NCBI RefSeq assembly: GCF_018350175.1
Contig: NC_058368.1
Location: forward strand, 200,324,001-200,388,000
Direction: 5' to 3'
From: Felis catus
Taxonomy: Eukaryota
Length of the DNA stretch: 64,000 nt
Shown one piece after another: positions 37,966 through 51,407 of this stretch. A program made the translations under genes and the position numbers. Under the pieces are notes generated by a model. That model was not told the origin of the DNA and ran no database searches. It saw only the letters and a list, made by a program, of their open reading frames with translations. Numbering within the stretch: position 1 is the first letter of the stretch; each line of letters starts with the position of its first letter.

Positions 37966-40475
37966 AAACCACAGAGCTAATAAATGGACCACTGCCACTT
38001 ATTTCAAAAAGTTTGGAGTCTAGTCTCAATACTCACATGATATTCCTTCCTTTTACTAAATGTGATTATTCCAAGGTCTACCCACTAATAGTGAGAATTG
38101 TTCATATATTTGAACATATTGTTTCAGAACCATTATGATTAATGTGTCACTATTTTCTACATTTATGTAATATGTGAGAAACCTGATGTTTACTCAGCTT
38201 CTGGGTTCCAAGCAGGGAAAAAAAAAGACTTTCAGTTTTGATTAGTCAACTAGAGTCAGTTTAAACAGAACATCTACTCAGGGGGCATTTTTTAATGTAC
38301 CATCTTCAAATGATTTAATGTGTTTTCCATGATTATCTTTGACACTTTGGATAATTAACAAACACATTTATAATTTTTGAAAGGGCTAGGATACTCTTCT
38401 TCCTAGATGATGAGAAAATTTGACTTAAAATTGTGACTGTCATCTGACTAGTTAGTGACCAGGAAGTCATCTACTAGCCACCATTTAAAAGGAGGAAAAA
38501 ATCCACCAAAATATTTCTTCAGATATTTAATTGACCAAGATTATATAAAATCTTATTTTTACTTATAAATGTAACATATTTGGAAGCTTTATTAGCCCCT
38601 TCACATAATTGAGATATTGTTTTTTAGAAAAGTATAATATATATGATTATTATTATATATTATCTTGCTATTATCTTAGTGTATGTAAGATTATTATCTT
38701 ATGTATAGTATATATAGAGATAATATATAAGAGATTAATCATATATATGATTTTGGTGGTGAATAGTAATGGTTAGCCTAATCAATATACTGATAATAAT
38801 CTTGCTCTTCTGTGAAAATGACACTAAGGATATTCATATAACTTGTGCTCATCCTCTTGTCCACAATTTTGTCTGTCTGCATATAATCAGGAAACTGACC
38901 TGTGTATTCTCTATTCTGTCTCTTGCATATGTCTCTGACATGTAGTAAGAATTCAATAAACACTACTGACTGAATGTATTAGTTCTAGAGCCAAAGGTTT
39001 TTAAGAAGTATATATTTATGTCCCTTCCATATTTGTAGAATTTTCTCTGATGATTATTTTTTAAAGAATAATATTTTCATATGGTTCAAAATGTTAAAAA
39101 GAATAAATATTATGAAATTATGTATTTCTTATCCCTGCCTCTAAGATTTCCAATTGCCCTCCCTAGACTCAACCAATGCTATTAGTTCTTTATATATGTG
39201 TTAAAAAGCACTTTTTCATACAAACCTGGTGGCATATTCCATATGTCCACATGACTAATTACAGAAAATAGAATCTAGCTAGTTAGCTTAAAGAGAAAGA
39301 TCCTTACTAAAGTATATAAATAATTCACAGAAATATTGGGATGTCTGAAGAAGAGACTTGAGGTTGAAATTCCAAGGATACTCTGAAAGCCATACCTTTT
39401 CTAGAACCAGAACTGTAAGAGAAAGTTCTAGCATTTATCCATGATTTATACAACAGCCACAGTGCCTGTGCCTGGATTCACATTACAACATGATTGCCTT
39501 ACATTCTGCCACTCCTCTCACTCTCCCTAGGAAATCTCAAGCTATCTTCATATTTCAAAAGATTATTTTTTTTCCTCTGTATGGATTGGTTCTTAACAAA
39601 GGTCTATATGAATACATCTCATTGATAAGGTGAGCTATTTGGAACTCTAGCTCTTTAGGTATCAAGAAAACACATTTTTCTTAGATTTATATATATTTTG
39701 TCTTAGTTGTTATTTTTTTCCCTTTTCACTTAATGATAAATCTTGAAACTTATTTTATATAGCATATAAAGATAGTATCACTCCTTTTACTGGATATACA
39801 GTCATCCATAATATGGCCTTACTGTGGTTTATTTAATCTGCTTTAGTCGGTGGACAGTTGTGTCATTTCTGATATTTGCAATTATAACCAAAGCTTAATT
39901 AAATAACTTTTTATCTACATTACTTTTATTTTTTGCTTGCTTTTGAGAATGCCTTTGAATAAAATGCTAAAAGTGGCATTCCAAACACAAGCTCGTATGT
40001 ACCTATGCATCTTCAACTCAGTAGTTCAGATAAATTAATATTCTGTGGAATGAATCTTTGATTAGTGGGAGAAGAAAGCCAGCAGAGAAAATCTTCTCTC
40101 TCCTTTTCCTGCATGTGTGATCTGAGAATCATGTGTTTACATGGTCTGCAAGATGGTCTCAAGAGATAGAGCAGTTTGCTTGATGTCAGGTGGTTGCTGG
40201 TCTGCTAGCTCATCTGGTGTTGGCTCTTTCTCAGTTCTCAGTCTCATTTCCCTTTAACCTGACTTGTTGCTTGGCATTGCACTCTTTAAGAAAGCACATA
40301 AGCTTTTACCTCATGTTCTTTTGGGGGAACCCAGTATAAGCAAGGAGACATAGAATAAACAAAATATATGAATAAAAGACATACTGTGTTAGATGATATA
40401 AGTATAATGGGGGGTGGGGAACAGGGTAGGGAGAGAGCTGAATCTCGCAGGTAAACATTACTGCAATGCAATAAA

Positions 40476-40910
40476 TGTCATAGTTTGTTGTCCAGATCCC
40501 TCCTTCTGGACTGAATAGTTATTCTCCCAGACAACGGAAGTGTTGACAATTGTTGGGTTTCACCTAAATCTGTTTCTGAGTATTACTCTTGGTTGAAGTG
40601 TGCCATCTTCCACGGTTACACTTCTTTTCCCAGAGTGCGTGTATCCAGTAAATGGAAAATGTGGGATATAAGAGCTTGGCTACCTTGGCTCAGTTGTGGA
40701 CAATTTCAAAAGACCATCCCAGCTTCAGAGCTTCCTGTGGTATATCCCAACACCTTTTATTGGAACTACTTTATAGTTTAACTCATCCCTTTGTCCAATC
40801 CTGTTGTATTCACTTTTTAATAGGTATTGCTCCTATGGGCACTCCCAATATATATCTTGCACATTAATCTCTGTCTCAGATTCTGTTTACCAAGAAACCC
40901 TACATAAGAT
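40476..40910 (+). mobile_element. LTR16-like ERVL LTR
   Basis: Starts tgtca..ccagatccctccttc; ends ctctgtctcagattctgtttaccaagaaaccc..taaga. Confidence 0.7.
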
Positions 40911-43877
40911 GCTATGCAGTGATTTGCTAGAACACTGAAATTCAGATGACTTCCATACGGTGTGGTCCAGTTTATTGCCCCAAGTGCTCTCTAATCCTGC
41001 CTTGGTCGTGCCAGGTCTTCCCCCAAAATACCCAACTTCTCTTACTCACTAGAGGTCCTAAAACTCTGACAGGGCCTAAATTAGTAAAATATGCACAGTT
41101 GCAAACCAAGATTTGACTATAAGTTTTGACTTTCAAATTCTAAATTCTTTGTAATGTATTTAGATGGCGGCATCTCCATTGCCACACTCATCCATGATTA
41201 TGTGTAAATGACAATGTAAACCAGTGAGAAGGCACATTCTCTTATATCTCTGGTTTTCAGAATGAGAAGAAAAAATATTTTATAAAGGCTGCTGTTGAAA
41301 CAAAGTATTTTTTACTGAGACAGCAGATATATGAGTGAAATATATGGATGAATGGATAGATAGTAGTTATATACATGCATGCAAACATAATTGTTGTGCT
41401 TTTGATTAAGAACAGATCTCATAAATTAAAATAACTAAAAATTGTTGATTGATTATCTATGGGAAAGTATGGTATAAAGGTGCCACATTAAAAAGTTGGA
41501 ATACGAAAACAACCCATGACATAATAATATTAATCTTTTAAATAATAGCAAATTTTTAGTTGTTATAATTTAAGTAGTCAATACTACATAGCAATCATTT
41601 CTTGATTTTAATAATTCATATGTATTAAAATAGACATTATTTAAAGAAACACTAACAGAAGAGTAAGTAGCTATGGACTTCACCCCCTTTAAAAACATAT
41701 GAAGCCACTTCTAAATTTCACTTCTGTTATTATTACTAATTTACTCGATATAGAAGGCTGTCTTTAAGAGCAGGTTTTTCCCATTTTAGTTTTAAAATTA
41801 AAATTAAATAATGATCCTTTATTAAAATGATGGTGATAAGACATTTTAAACATTAATACAGTAAAATAAAAAGTTGCCAATGCTATGTATGGACTATTAT
41901 TTTTGTTGCTGATATTTACTCTTTTTCAAATCCCAGAAATTTAGGCATTTGGTCTGACAAGATTTTGCTTCTTTTTTCAGAAGCAAAGCCAACATCAAAG
42001 AGTATAATACTACTGACAAGAGATCAATTATTGAAGGTTTCTTCATTTATAGCTCTACAACTTAGCTTTTAAGATATTTAGGATATATAAAGGACAAGAT
42101 GTGTAAATTGATGTAAATATAAAATGCTATGCACTTGCAGTATTCTCCACTGTATTACAGGGCTAATTTCAAATTCACTGATTTTAGAGTGAGTGTTCTT
42201 AGCATTGATGTCACTGATGATTTTAGGTTAAGAGAGCGCTAGATTTGTGGAATGATAAACACAAATGGGAAGAGAAACGTTCCAGTCAGCAAGGAGTGCA
42301 GCAGGGTGGTTATCGTGTCCTTGTAATCTTGATAGTGTCTTCCAGGAGACTTCTGGTGTTAAACTCCTCTGGAATCAGCTTTCACCTGTGGGGCCTGGCA
42401 ACAGATTGTGCCAAAGTCTGACAAAGCTCCCTGGAGGCCGTACTGCTCCCGGTCACCATATGGCCTGAAAGGGCTTTTCACATGTTACAGTATTCTCCGG
42501 TCAGGTCTTCTGGCTAATCTTCAGAGTACATTCTTAATCTCATGAACCTAATTATCTGTAAAGAACAGTTTAAGGGGTGCTCCTTAGGCTTACTCATACT
42601 AGTCCCTGTACTTTTATTATCAGAGGGCATATATAACTCTCATCATCCAGTGATTACATTTTGGCTTTGAAAGTGTATTCCAAGAAGGATTGAAAGGATT
42701 ATTCATTTCCATGGTGATCTGTGTGTCCATTATTGATCATAAACACCAATTTCAATGCCTCATTCACATTTTCAGAATACCTTAGCTTTCACATACTTGT
42801 TAAATGTTCATGTTTCACCTAGAAGCTATAGGGAAATGCTGAATTCCTACCAGAGACCAATCTCAAACAAGTGCTTTTAGGATTTCTATAAAAAGAATTT
42901 GCTCTCATGTTGTATATCAGAAGCATATAAATGGGAGATGCATTGTTGATTATATTTTAATCTCTTCACAACTCTGCTCTGATTACCTTTTTTGTTTGTT
43001 TGTTTTTTTTAAACAACAAGCATAGGCTCTGAAGTGATTGTTTTTACAATGTTCATACCTGATGCTGTGATTACAGTTTAGCCATCATGAACTATGTTAT
43101 GTGAATGAAGAGGGACTGAGCTAACACAACACCAAGTTCCTTTATCAAGAAGGGTATGTTCCTCCCCATATCATGGATAGTCACATTCCAAGCAACAACA
43201 CAATGACAAGTGACCTTATTCCTTAACACACAAATGTTCAAATAGTAAACAGATAAAAAATAAAAATCTCTCATTATAAAATGCTTAATGTAAGTTTATG
43301 GAAAGGTTATATGCAGTTAAACTTGCAACAGTCTATTACTCTAACAGATATGCACACAGTATACTATTTCCACTAAATTTTGATCACTAAAAATAGGTCC
43401 TTATTCTTGTAATGATATATTGGACCGAGGTAATAATTTAAGTCAAAATACATCTCCCCCCCCAAAAAAAACCAGGTAAAATGTTTAATCAGGTGAAATG
43501 TCAAATAGCAAATAGTTCTAGTAAGCTAAATGCCTGCAGTAGCCTTCTCATTGAATTAAATAACCAGTATTACTATTATTATTTGCATATAGTAACCTAT
43601 CAAGGAATAGCACTTTTAGAAAATGTTATATAAAAAAATTAAATATTCAACTATTTGGGCTAAGAAATATGCTTGAATAAAATGCATGGTAATAAATCAG
43701 TTAGTGTAACAAGTAAACTTTCAAAGTATTATCCTAATAGCTGGACAGCCACAAACAGAAGAGTTAGAGATACCATTGGATGGAATACAGAATTCAGACA
43801 GGAGAGCAGTTGGTAACACTTCTGGGACTAAATCACTCCAGACATCACTAGCCTCATTGTCCCACCTCTACTCCTTT

Positions 43878-44240
43878 AAATGAACCTTTAATAGGTTCAT
43901 TTGGTAATGCGCTGGAAGGGGAGAAAAGTCCTGAACCCCAGCTGCACTGCTCATTCACCTGTGCAAACAACTTGAACTTGACTTCTCTCCAAATGGTTTC
44001 CTAGTAATCTTCCCAATGTACAGCTGCTATATATAAAACATGAATTACAGTAGAGAAGGTCCTGCTGTGTTGTGAATCACAGTGCACTCGACCACATTTT
44101 AGCAGGTTGTGGATGAAAAGAATAAAATGTCTGCAAACGCCTGTTCTGTCCCCTTTTCCAGCTGGTAAAGTCAACGCATGGCAGCTTCCTGGATGCTTTA
44201 TTCTGTATCCAGCTGTACTAGATAGGACCTGTTCCATTCC
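43878..44240. promoter_or_regulatory. Candidate muscle-type enhancer or promoter
   Basis: Four CAGCTG, one CACCTG, MEF2 consensus CTATATATAA overlapping TATAAAA, MCAT CATTCC; no repeat recognised here. Confidence 0.35.
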
Positions 44241-45399
44241 CTTGCCATCCTTTAGTGTAAAAATAAATGGTAAAGAGCATCTTTCCTTTTTTGAGGCGCT
44301 AAGGGCCAAATCAATTGCCTAATCAAGTGAAAACAAAACATCTGTGATGTATGAAAGGGAGGGTGGCTTTCTCTGGAGATTTTTATAAACTGATTAAGTC
44401 AGGGCACTGCTAATCCTCTATCCTGCACTTCAGATGTTCCATTGACAAGGAAGATCAGAATGAAAAGATAATGGTTATGTCACCAGCATGCAATAAACAA
44501 CCTGTGAAGAGCCAGCAGAGGTTCAGAAATGTTCCCATTACAAATGTAAATGTGAACTTTAGCAATGGGGCTGGAGAACACTGTGAGAGACGCCTGCCTC
44601 TGTGTCAAGAAGATACAAAGGAGAGAAAAACAGAAAAAAGAGCTTATTCTAATAACATAAGACATCAATTCCCAAGTGCTTATCATATTAAGTTTAGGAT
44701 ATGTGAATTTGACATGATAACATCTGTTCTACTTAATCTTAGAGTTGTTTTGGACCTTAAATTAGATATTTTGAAAGTGCTTTTTACAATTCAAAGGAGT
44801 CCCACGCAAATGGTAGTTGTAAATTGGCAGAATCGTACATGAATTAAATCAAGTTCTAGAGAAAGTTTAAAGAGAGAAGCTCTCGTTATACTAGCTCATA
44901 GGATCCAAGTTATGCATTAGAAGGAATCATGGAGTAAGTCAGACGTTAGGGTTTGGGTTCATACCCAAACAAACCCATACATACCTGTTTATCTATAGAC
45001 CTGAGTACTTAATGCTCTGTACACACATTCTTCAGGTAGCAAAATTCCTTTAAATGTTACTTCCATAATAGAAGTTACTTCTACCTTTTAGTTCTACATA
45101 CCAGATAAATATGAAAGATGTTAAGTTTTTAGAAAAAAATAAACTTGCAGCAAGCAAGAAAATATCATAAGAATAAGGTGGCATTATTATTAAAAGGTCA
45201 ATTGAAATGATTACATACATTCTGACAAAGGGATAATTAGAAATAAGTGCATTTTATTTTTATCCTGTGCTAATTTATAATCTTTTCTGGTCATTCAATA
45301 TTGAAAGCAATAGGAAAACTAGAATTGCTAACATACTAAGAATAAACACATATGATGGAAAATGATAAATTTTGAGAATTACAATAGCTATTTCGCTCA

Positions 45400-46236
45400 G
45401 GTAAAAAATGATTTATCAGAGGGGACACAAAGATTAGTAAGTTATTTTTCCTATGCTTGGGAACTTTACAACCATGTAAGAAAGAAACATAAGTAAATAT
45501 GTAATAATGATACAATGCTAAAAGTGCTCTGACAGCTGGGAACATATAGGGTGCTATGGGAGGAGAAAGGAGAAACAAAATACCCAAGTTGGGAGCAGAA
45601 AGACAGGAAAGGAGGAAATGATGTTTGGTGTTAGTTTTTAATATGAAAGAAAATTACTGAACAAAGAAGGTAGGGAGACATTTCAGACAGAGAAAGTAGC
45701 ATGTGTGAAAACTTAGATGCGTGAGATGTCATTACTCTTTAGTAGTTCAGGGTGATTGGCTCCCAGGGAGTGAAGAGGGACCTCAGAGAAAATAAGGATA
45801 GATACATAAGTAAGGGTCAGATCTGAAGAATTGTGTTTACTTGCTGTGGAATTTGAACTTCTGCTTAAGGATTTAGGTATCACATAGTGGTAAGCATATA
45901 GTACATACTTTAAAAGATTTGTTGCATGAATTCATGAAAAGTTCTTGGTGATATTTGGTCAGATGTGCATTTTAGAAAGGTCAGTCTTAGCAGTGTGGAG
46001 ACTGGATTAGATAGCTGATGTTCTGGGCAACAGGACCAGTTAGGAATCTGTTGCATGAAATGGCCAAGAATGATGAGGACTTGAACCAAAGAGGAGGCCA
46101 TGGAGTTGAAGTGTAGTCACTATTTTAACCTGTATAGGAGGTAGAATCAATAGTGTCTGAAGGCAGATTACATTGGAGAGTTCAGGGTTCAGTGCTGTTT
46201 TGAAATACAACGCGTGTGTGTGCACGTGCGCATGCA

Positions 46237-46267
<31 letters not shown>

Positions 46268-46860
46268 TTATTCTAGATAGATGTAACTTCTCTAGACTGG
46301 CAAACAAGAAACGGCCTTGTCAAAAAGGTAGGGTGTGCTTTCCTTCTGCTTGATGGAGCACAGACACACAAGGCATAAAACTTGGAGAGCCGAGTGTAAA
46401 CTAGGTTTCAACCCCAATTTGTCATCTCAACTGGACGCCTTTGTGCAGTGCACAAACAGTACCATCTTATATGGCAGCCTTAGTGGGATGATTCTCAGAT
46501 TTCTGACGTGAATTATCTTCATCACTAGGATGCAATTTACTGAAGGAAGAAAGTCATCTGGAAGAGCAAATTTTGGGAAAAGAATGATGTTTGCTTGAAA
46601 CTTCTTGAATTTGGTGTGTCTGAATACATGCAAATGAAGATCTCTAGATTTCCATTTAAAATATGGGTTTGCAATTTAGGAAATTGACTTGAAACTGTGA
46701 GTTTATTAATGGAAGAGAGTTACTTGGATGAAGTGGTTCCAAATTTTCTCTTTAGGACTATCTTTGGATGACAATGTGATTGGAAGTAGAGAGAATGAGC
46801 ATTTAGAGATTGTGGTGATTAGAATGATCAAAACCAAAAATGAGGCAGTAAGTGCCATAA
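45400..46860 (-). mobile_element. L2 fragment(s), interrupted by a CA/TG tract
   Basis: ggtcagatgtgcattttagaaaggtcagtct..gaccagttaggaatctgttgca..gatgaggacttgaacca. Confidence 0.7.
46210..46267. repeat. Alternating purine-pyrimidine tract
   Basis: Unbroken RY alternation mixing CG, TG and CA steps. Confidence 0.9.
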
Positions 46861-47085
46861 TCTGGTGTTAAGGAAGGTCAAGGTCAAAAGGGTTTTAGAG
46901 GATTTGCCACCTAAGAAGTAATTGTGACCTGCTTAGGCCAAAAAAAAAAGTGTGATGATAGAAGCAGTAGGTATGCTGGCGTGGGTTTATTTTGTTTTGT
47001 GTGTGTTCAGAATAATCTGTATCCTGAAAGTCCATTTTCTTCATTGCTTTGCTTTAGCAATGTGTATTAAAGCATTATGTATCAA

Positions 47086-47292
47086 TTTTTTAATGTTTAT
47101 TTATCCTTGAGAGGGAGAGACAGAGCACAAGTGGGGGAGGGGCAGAGAGAGAGGGAGACACAGAATCCGAAGCAGGCTCAAGGCTCTGAGCTGTCAGCAC
47201 AGAGCCCGACATGGGGCTCGAACCCACAAACTGTGAGATCATTACCTGAGCCGAAGTCAGACACCCAACCAACTGAGCCACCCAGGCGCCCC
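47086..47292 (-). mobile_element. Can-SINE (felid type)
   Basis: ctgagccacccaggcgcccc end; flanking aagcattat. Confidence 0.95.
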
Positions 47293-47559
47293 TGAAGCAT
47301 TATACATTAAAACAACAGTAGTGTGCTTTTATTAGAACTTTCTCTTCAGGTTTGCCTTCTATATATTTCAGTAACAGCCACATGATAGAAAATGGTCTTC
47401 CATTTTGGAAAAAGCAGCAATGAAATCACAAAATAATGGGATATTTGATATTAAATGTATCTTCATAAATTTATACATTCATTAATCTATTCTATTCTAC
47501 TTATCTATGTATTTATGTGACTTAGGAAGCAAACAAGTGTGTAAGGATTGAGTGATAGC

Positions 47560-48040
47560 CAGGCTTCAAGATGGCTTTCAATGAAACCCACTTCTTGATA
47601 TTCACATCCTTATGTAGTCCCTTCCCACATTGTACCAGAGTGATCTGTGTGACCAATAGGATGTGTCAGAATTGTGAAACGTCACTTGTGAAATTAGGTT
47701 ATGAAAGACTGTGGCTTCCATTCTGGTATCCTCTCTTTCTTGGATTACTCCTTCTGGGAGCTGCTACCTACCATGTCATGAGCAGCCCTGTGATGAGCAA
47801 CTGAGGATTGCCAACAACCTCTGCTTAGCAGTGGGTCCCTCTTCCCTCGTTGAGCTTCTGTATGGTTGCAGTCAGGGCTAACAGCTTTGCCACAACATCT
47901 CATGAGACCTTGACACAGAACTACCCAACAGACTGCTTCCAAATCCTTGAACTTCAGAAATTATGTAAAATAACATATATGTGTTATTTTAACTATAAAG
48001 TTTTGGAGTCATTTGTATATAGCATTAGATATTTAATACA
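47560..48040 (+). mobile_element. MLT1 (E/F-type) MaLR LTR
   Basis: caagatggct..gatattcacatccttatgtagtcccttcccacattg.. ending aagttttggagtcatttgt..agcattagat..taataca. Confidence 0.8.
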
Positions 48041-50559
48041 TATTTGGATCATCTCAATTTTGATACGTTTATAAATTCCTTTCTTCAAGGAATATAATCT
48101 AGATAATCATATAACCTGGATATATTGTATATAGTTATTTTTTACTCAATGTATGCTTTAAGACTAAAGTAAATTTCTTTCTTTTTTTTCCTGAGAATTC
48201 TAAGGTTTAGATAATCCAGTTAGGGACTCAAGTTAGTTAGCCTTCAGCATCTTACTTTTTTAGGGTGGCTTATTGGTGGTAGTGCTTCAACAATGATCTA
48301 GAAGCTAGATGCTAAAGCGTCTCTTTCTCCACATTGTGTGTACATGACATTCTTCCTGATATTCTTCTCTCCAGGTTTGCGAATGACACTGTACCTTCAG
48401 AGCAGCTGTGGGGCTAAGAAGAGTGGAGGCAGAGAGGAAGGGAATTCCCTCCACACTCTTTCCCTTTCCACTCACCCCTTTTTCTAGACTTTCTTTCATT
48501 TTCCCTTCTTTCCCCCCTTTCTCTCCCTCCTGCCATTCTTGGCCTCTTGTTTCTCCCCTCAAATTAAATAATATTTTTGGAGTGAAGGCAGGAGGGCACC
48601 CCTGCTGTTTGTGCACCTTTCAGGTGATTAATGAAAATACCATGACAAGACGCCAAGTGTGCTCCCCTTGGCCTTTTTAGTGAAGGCAGCCACTCTCACA
48701 GGGAACCAGAGACTCCTGGAGACATTTTAACCTCTGGGTGGTAAAATAAACAAACAAACAAATCTTTATACGGGTGCCTGTATATAATATAGATAGAGAT
48801 ATATACACAGACATGCAAGCATACTCAGACACATGGATTTCTAGAGCTTTCCAAATACTTTTCATAAAAATATAAAAATATGCAAAAATTACATGACTTG
48901 ATGTATAGATGGAGTTGAATTTATAGGACAATATGGGCTACCTAAAGTTCTTATCAAGCTAATTGTATTTTGCCAAAAAAAAATTCTTTCTGACTGGTGA
49001 CTTGGGTTAAGTACAGTTTTTAAATGCTAGGTTCAAATCCATGCAAGTGTATCATGTGCACAGTAATTCTCAATTGTTATAAAAATTATGTCCATTATGC
49101 TACTTGCTGGGATTCCAGTAATCATCTAAATTCCATAAAACTTAAATTTTCAAATTATCCTCAGTAATTTAAATGTGTTATTAGGCCTTTCATGAAGCAT
49201 TTTTCTTCTCTGAAGAAAACAAGCTAAGTTTCTCAAAAGCACTGCAGGATAAGTTATAAGTGACTTTCACTTGTAATTTGCAGATGCTGTAATAGGAATT
49301 TTCCTTTTACCACCATCTAGGTTCAACTGTTTTGCATTCTAATTTGCAAGTAAAAAGTTTGAAACTTGGTACAGAAGTTTGTGAGGACTTTAAGAGATTT
49401 AAGGTATATTTTTTCAAAAGAGTCAGAAATTGGGCATGAAAATGAGGATGCGATTTCTGATAAAAAAGGGGAAGAATATATAGAAAGGGATGAGGGAGTA
49501 TAAATATCTTTTATTTGACATCTTACATTTTAGAAGCAGAAAATTACATCCTTAGGGGTTTGCCTGTGTCCTATACACAAACATGTTTTAGGCTCTATTT
49601 TAACTCATTTTTGTACAGTAAATGATAAATGTCAATAGATACCCTATGGAGGGAAAAAAAGATTCAGATTTCTGCCTCTTGTGATGTTGATGATTCAGAT
49701 GTGACATTTGAGACAGTGAGCATCATAGTGTTATCAAGAAGATGATATAAGGCTGGAGATGTCTTCATCTCCATAAGACATACACCAACATGGCATCAGT
49801 GCACCACCTTGGAGAAAACGGATTTTCTTCACAAGAGTCACAGAGATTCATAGAACAAAGTTGAATAAAAGAACACAGCTGCCACTTTGACTTGAGTCCT
49901 TATTGCCATGTAGGAATAGATTACTTACAGATCAGGTTAGTAATGTTTAACATTAACGGCTCTTCAATGAGCATGAGTATTAGTTTGATTGAATTGTTTA
50001 CACTTCTCACACAATAATTCAGATTACCATAATAGATTAATGATCTCAAATGCCTGATAATTCAGTCAATGGTAAGTATTTCCTAAGAATGATAAATGTC
50101 ACAATTGGAAGGGACTGTATATATTCTCAGGTCTAGAACCATCATTCAGGAGTGGAAACTAAATCTGAGATGTGAAATTAATACTATAAGAACACATGGC
50201 TAAGGAACTATTCCTAGTGATCCTTCAGATCTGTCTTGTGCCACCTGTTGAGGGCCCCAATTTCTTTGGAAGAATCAAAAGCCAAAAATAAAAACAAAAA
50301 CAAAACAAAAACAAAACCATTGTATGAACACAGAAACCATAGAAAAATAATATTTTCCTCACACTAGTCGAATCCTTTCTAAAAGTAGGTAGGAGAGCAA
50401 TCATATAAAATGCATAATTTCTATATACTGCATAGACATAAAAATATCTCAAATTAAAAATGCTATTGTCATATTAAAACTTAGAAGGGTTTAAAAAGCT
50501 GAAATTTTCTTTAATTAACATTTTCTTGAATTTAACAAACATTAGGTTTATTGTGTTGC

Positions 50560-51030
50560 AAGAGAGGTAGTATAAGATAGGGATTTAGGACTCAGGGTCT
50601 AGTAGCACAGCTTCATGATTCAAGTCCAAGATGACACAAGACAAGGTTATTTTTTTTAAATGTTTATTTATTTTTGAGAGAGCGAGAGAGAGAGAGAGGA
50701 AGGGAGAAAGAAAGAGGGAGACACAGAATCCAAAGTAGGCTCCAGGCTCTGAGCTGTCAGCACAGAGAGCTTCACGGGGCTTGAACTCGTGAACCACAAG
50801 ATCATAACCTGAGCCAAAGTCAGCCACTCAACTGAGTGAGCCACCCAGGCGCCCCAAGACAAGGTTATTTATTTTGAGAGAAGGTATGGAAATTCTCCTC
50901 TCATTTTATCTTTTCTAAGATGGGACAAGTAATGCTATTTGCCTCATAGGGTTGTTATGAGAAGTAACAAGCTGATGTGTAAGTATGGTATGTATTATTA
51001 TGCCCATATTAGCACATAGTAAGTTATCAA
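50560..51030 (+). mobile_element. MIR SINE interrupted by a Can-SINE
   Basis: ..tctaagatggga..gtaatgct..cctcatagggttgttatgaga..agcacatagtaagt. Confidence 0.6.
50653..50855 (-). mobile_element. Can-SINE (felid type)
   Basis: Perfect TSD aagacaaggttattt (50638-50652 / 50856-50870). Confidence 0.96.
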
Positions 51031-51230
51031 CAGGTTGTTAGGTTTTATTATTTAAAAGCCTCCTTATAATTACTAATATAAAAGGCTTTATTTAAAGGAG
51101 AGTACTTTTACTTTGCTTTATTGCTGTACTTAATCAGCATTATTGAAATAGTTTTCTATAGTTTGCAAATATGTATCATTTTGGGGAGAGAAATAATTGA
51201 TCAATGGTATTTATCAAGAATATACTTTTT

Positions 51231-51407
51231 GGGGCACCTGGGTGGTGGCTCAGTTGGCTAAGCATCTGACTCTTGATTTCAGCTTAGGTCATGGTTCATG
51301 GATTTCCTGCATTGGGCTTGGCACTGACAGTGTGGAGCTTGCTTGGGATTCTCTCTCACTTTTTGCCTCTTTCTCGCTGTCCCTAAAAAATAAATAAACT
51401 TAAAAAA
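51231..51407 (+). mobile_element. Can-SINE
   Basis: Perfect TSD aagaatatacttttt (51216-51230 / 51408-51422). Confidence 0.94.
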
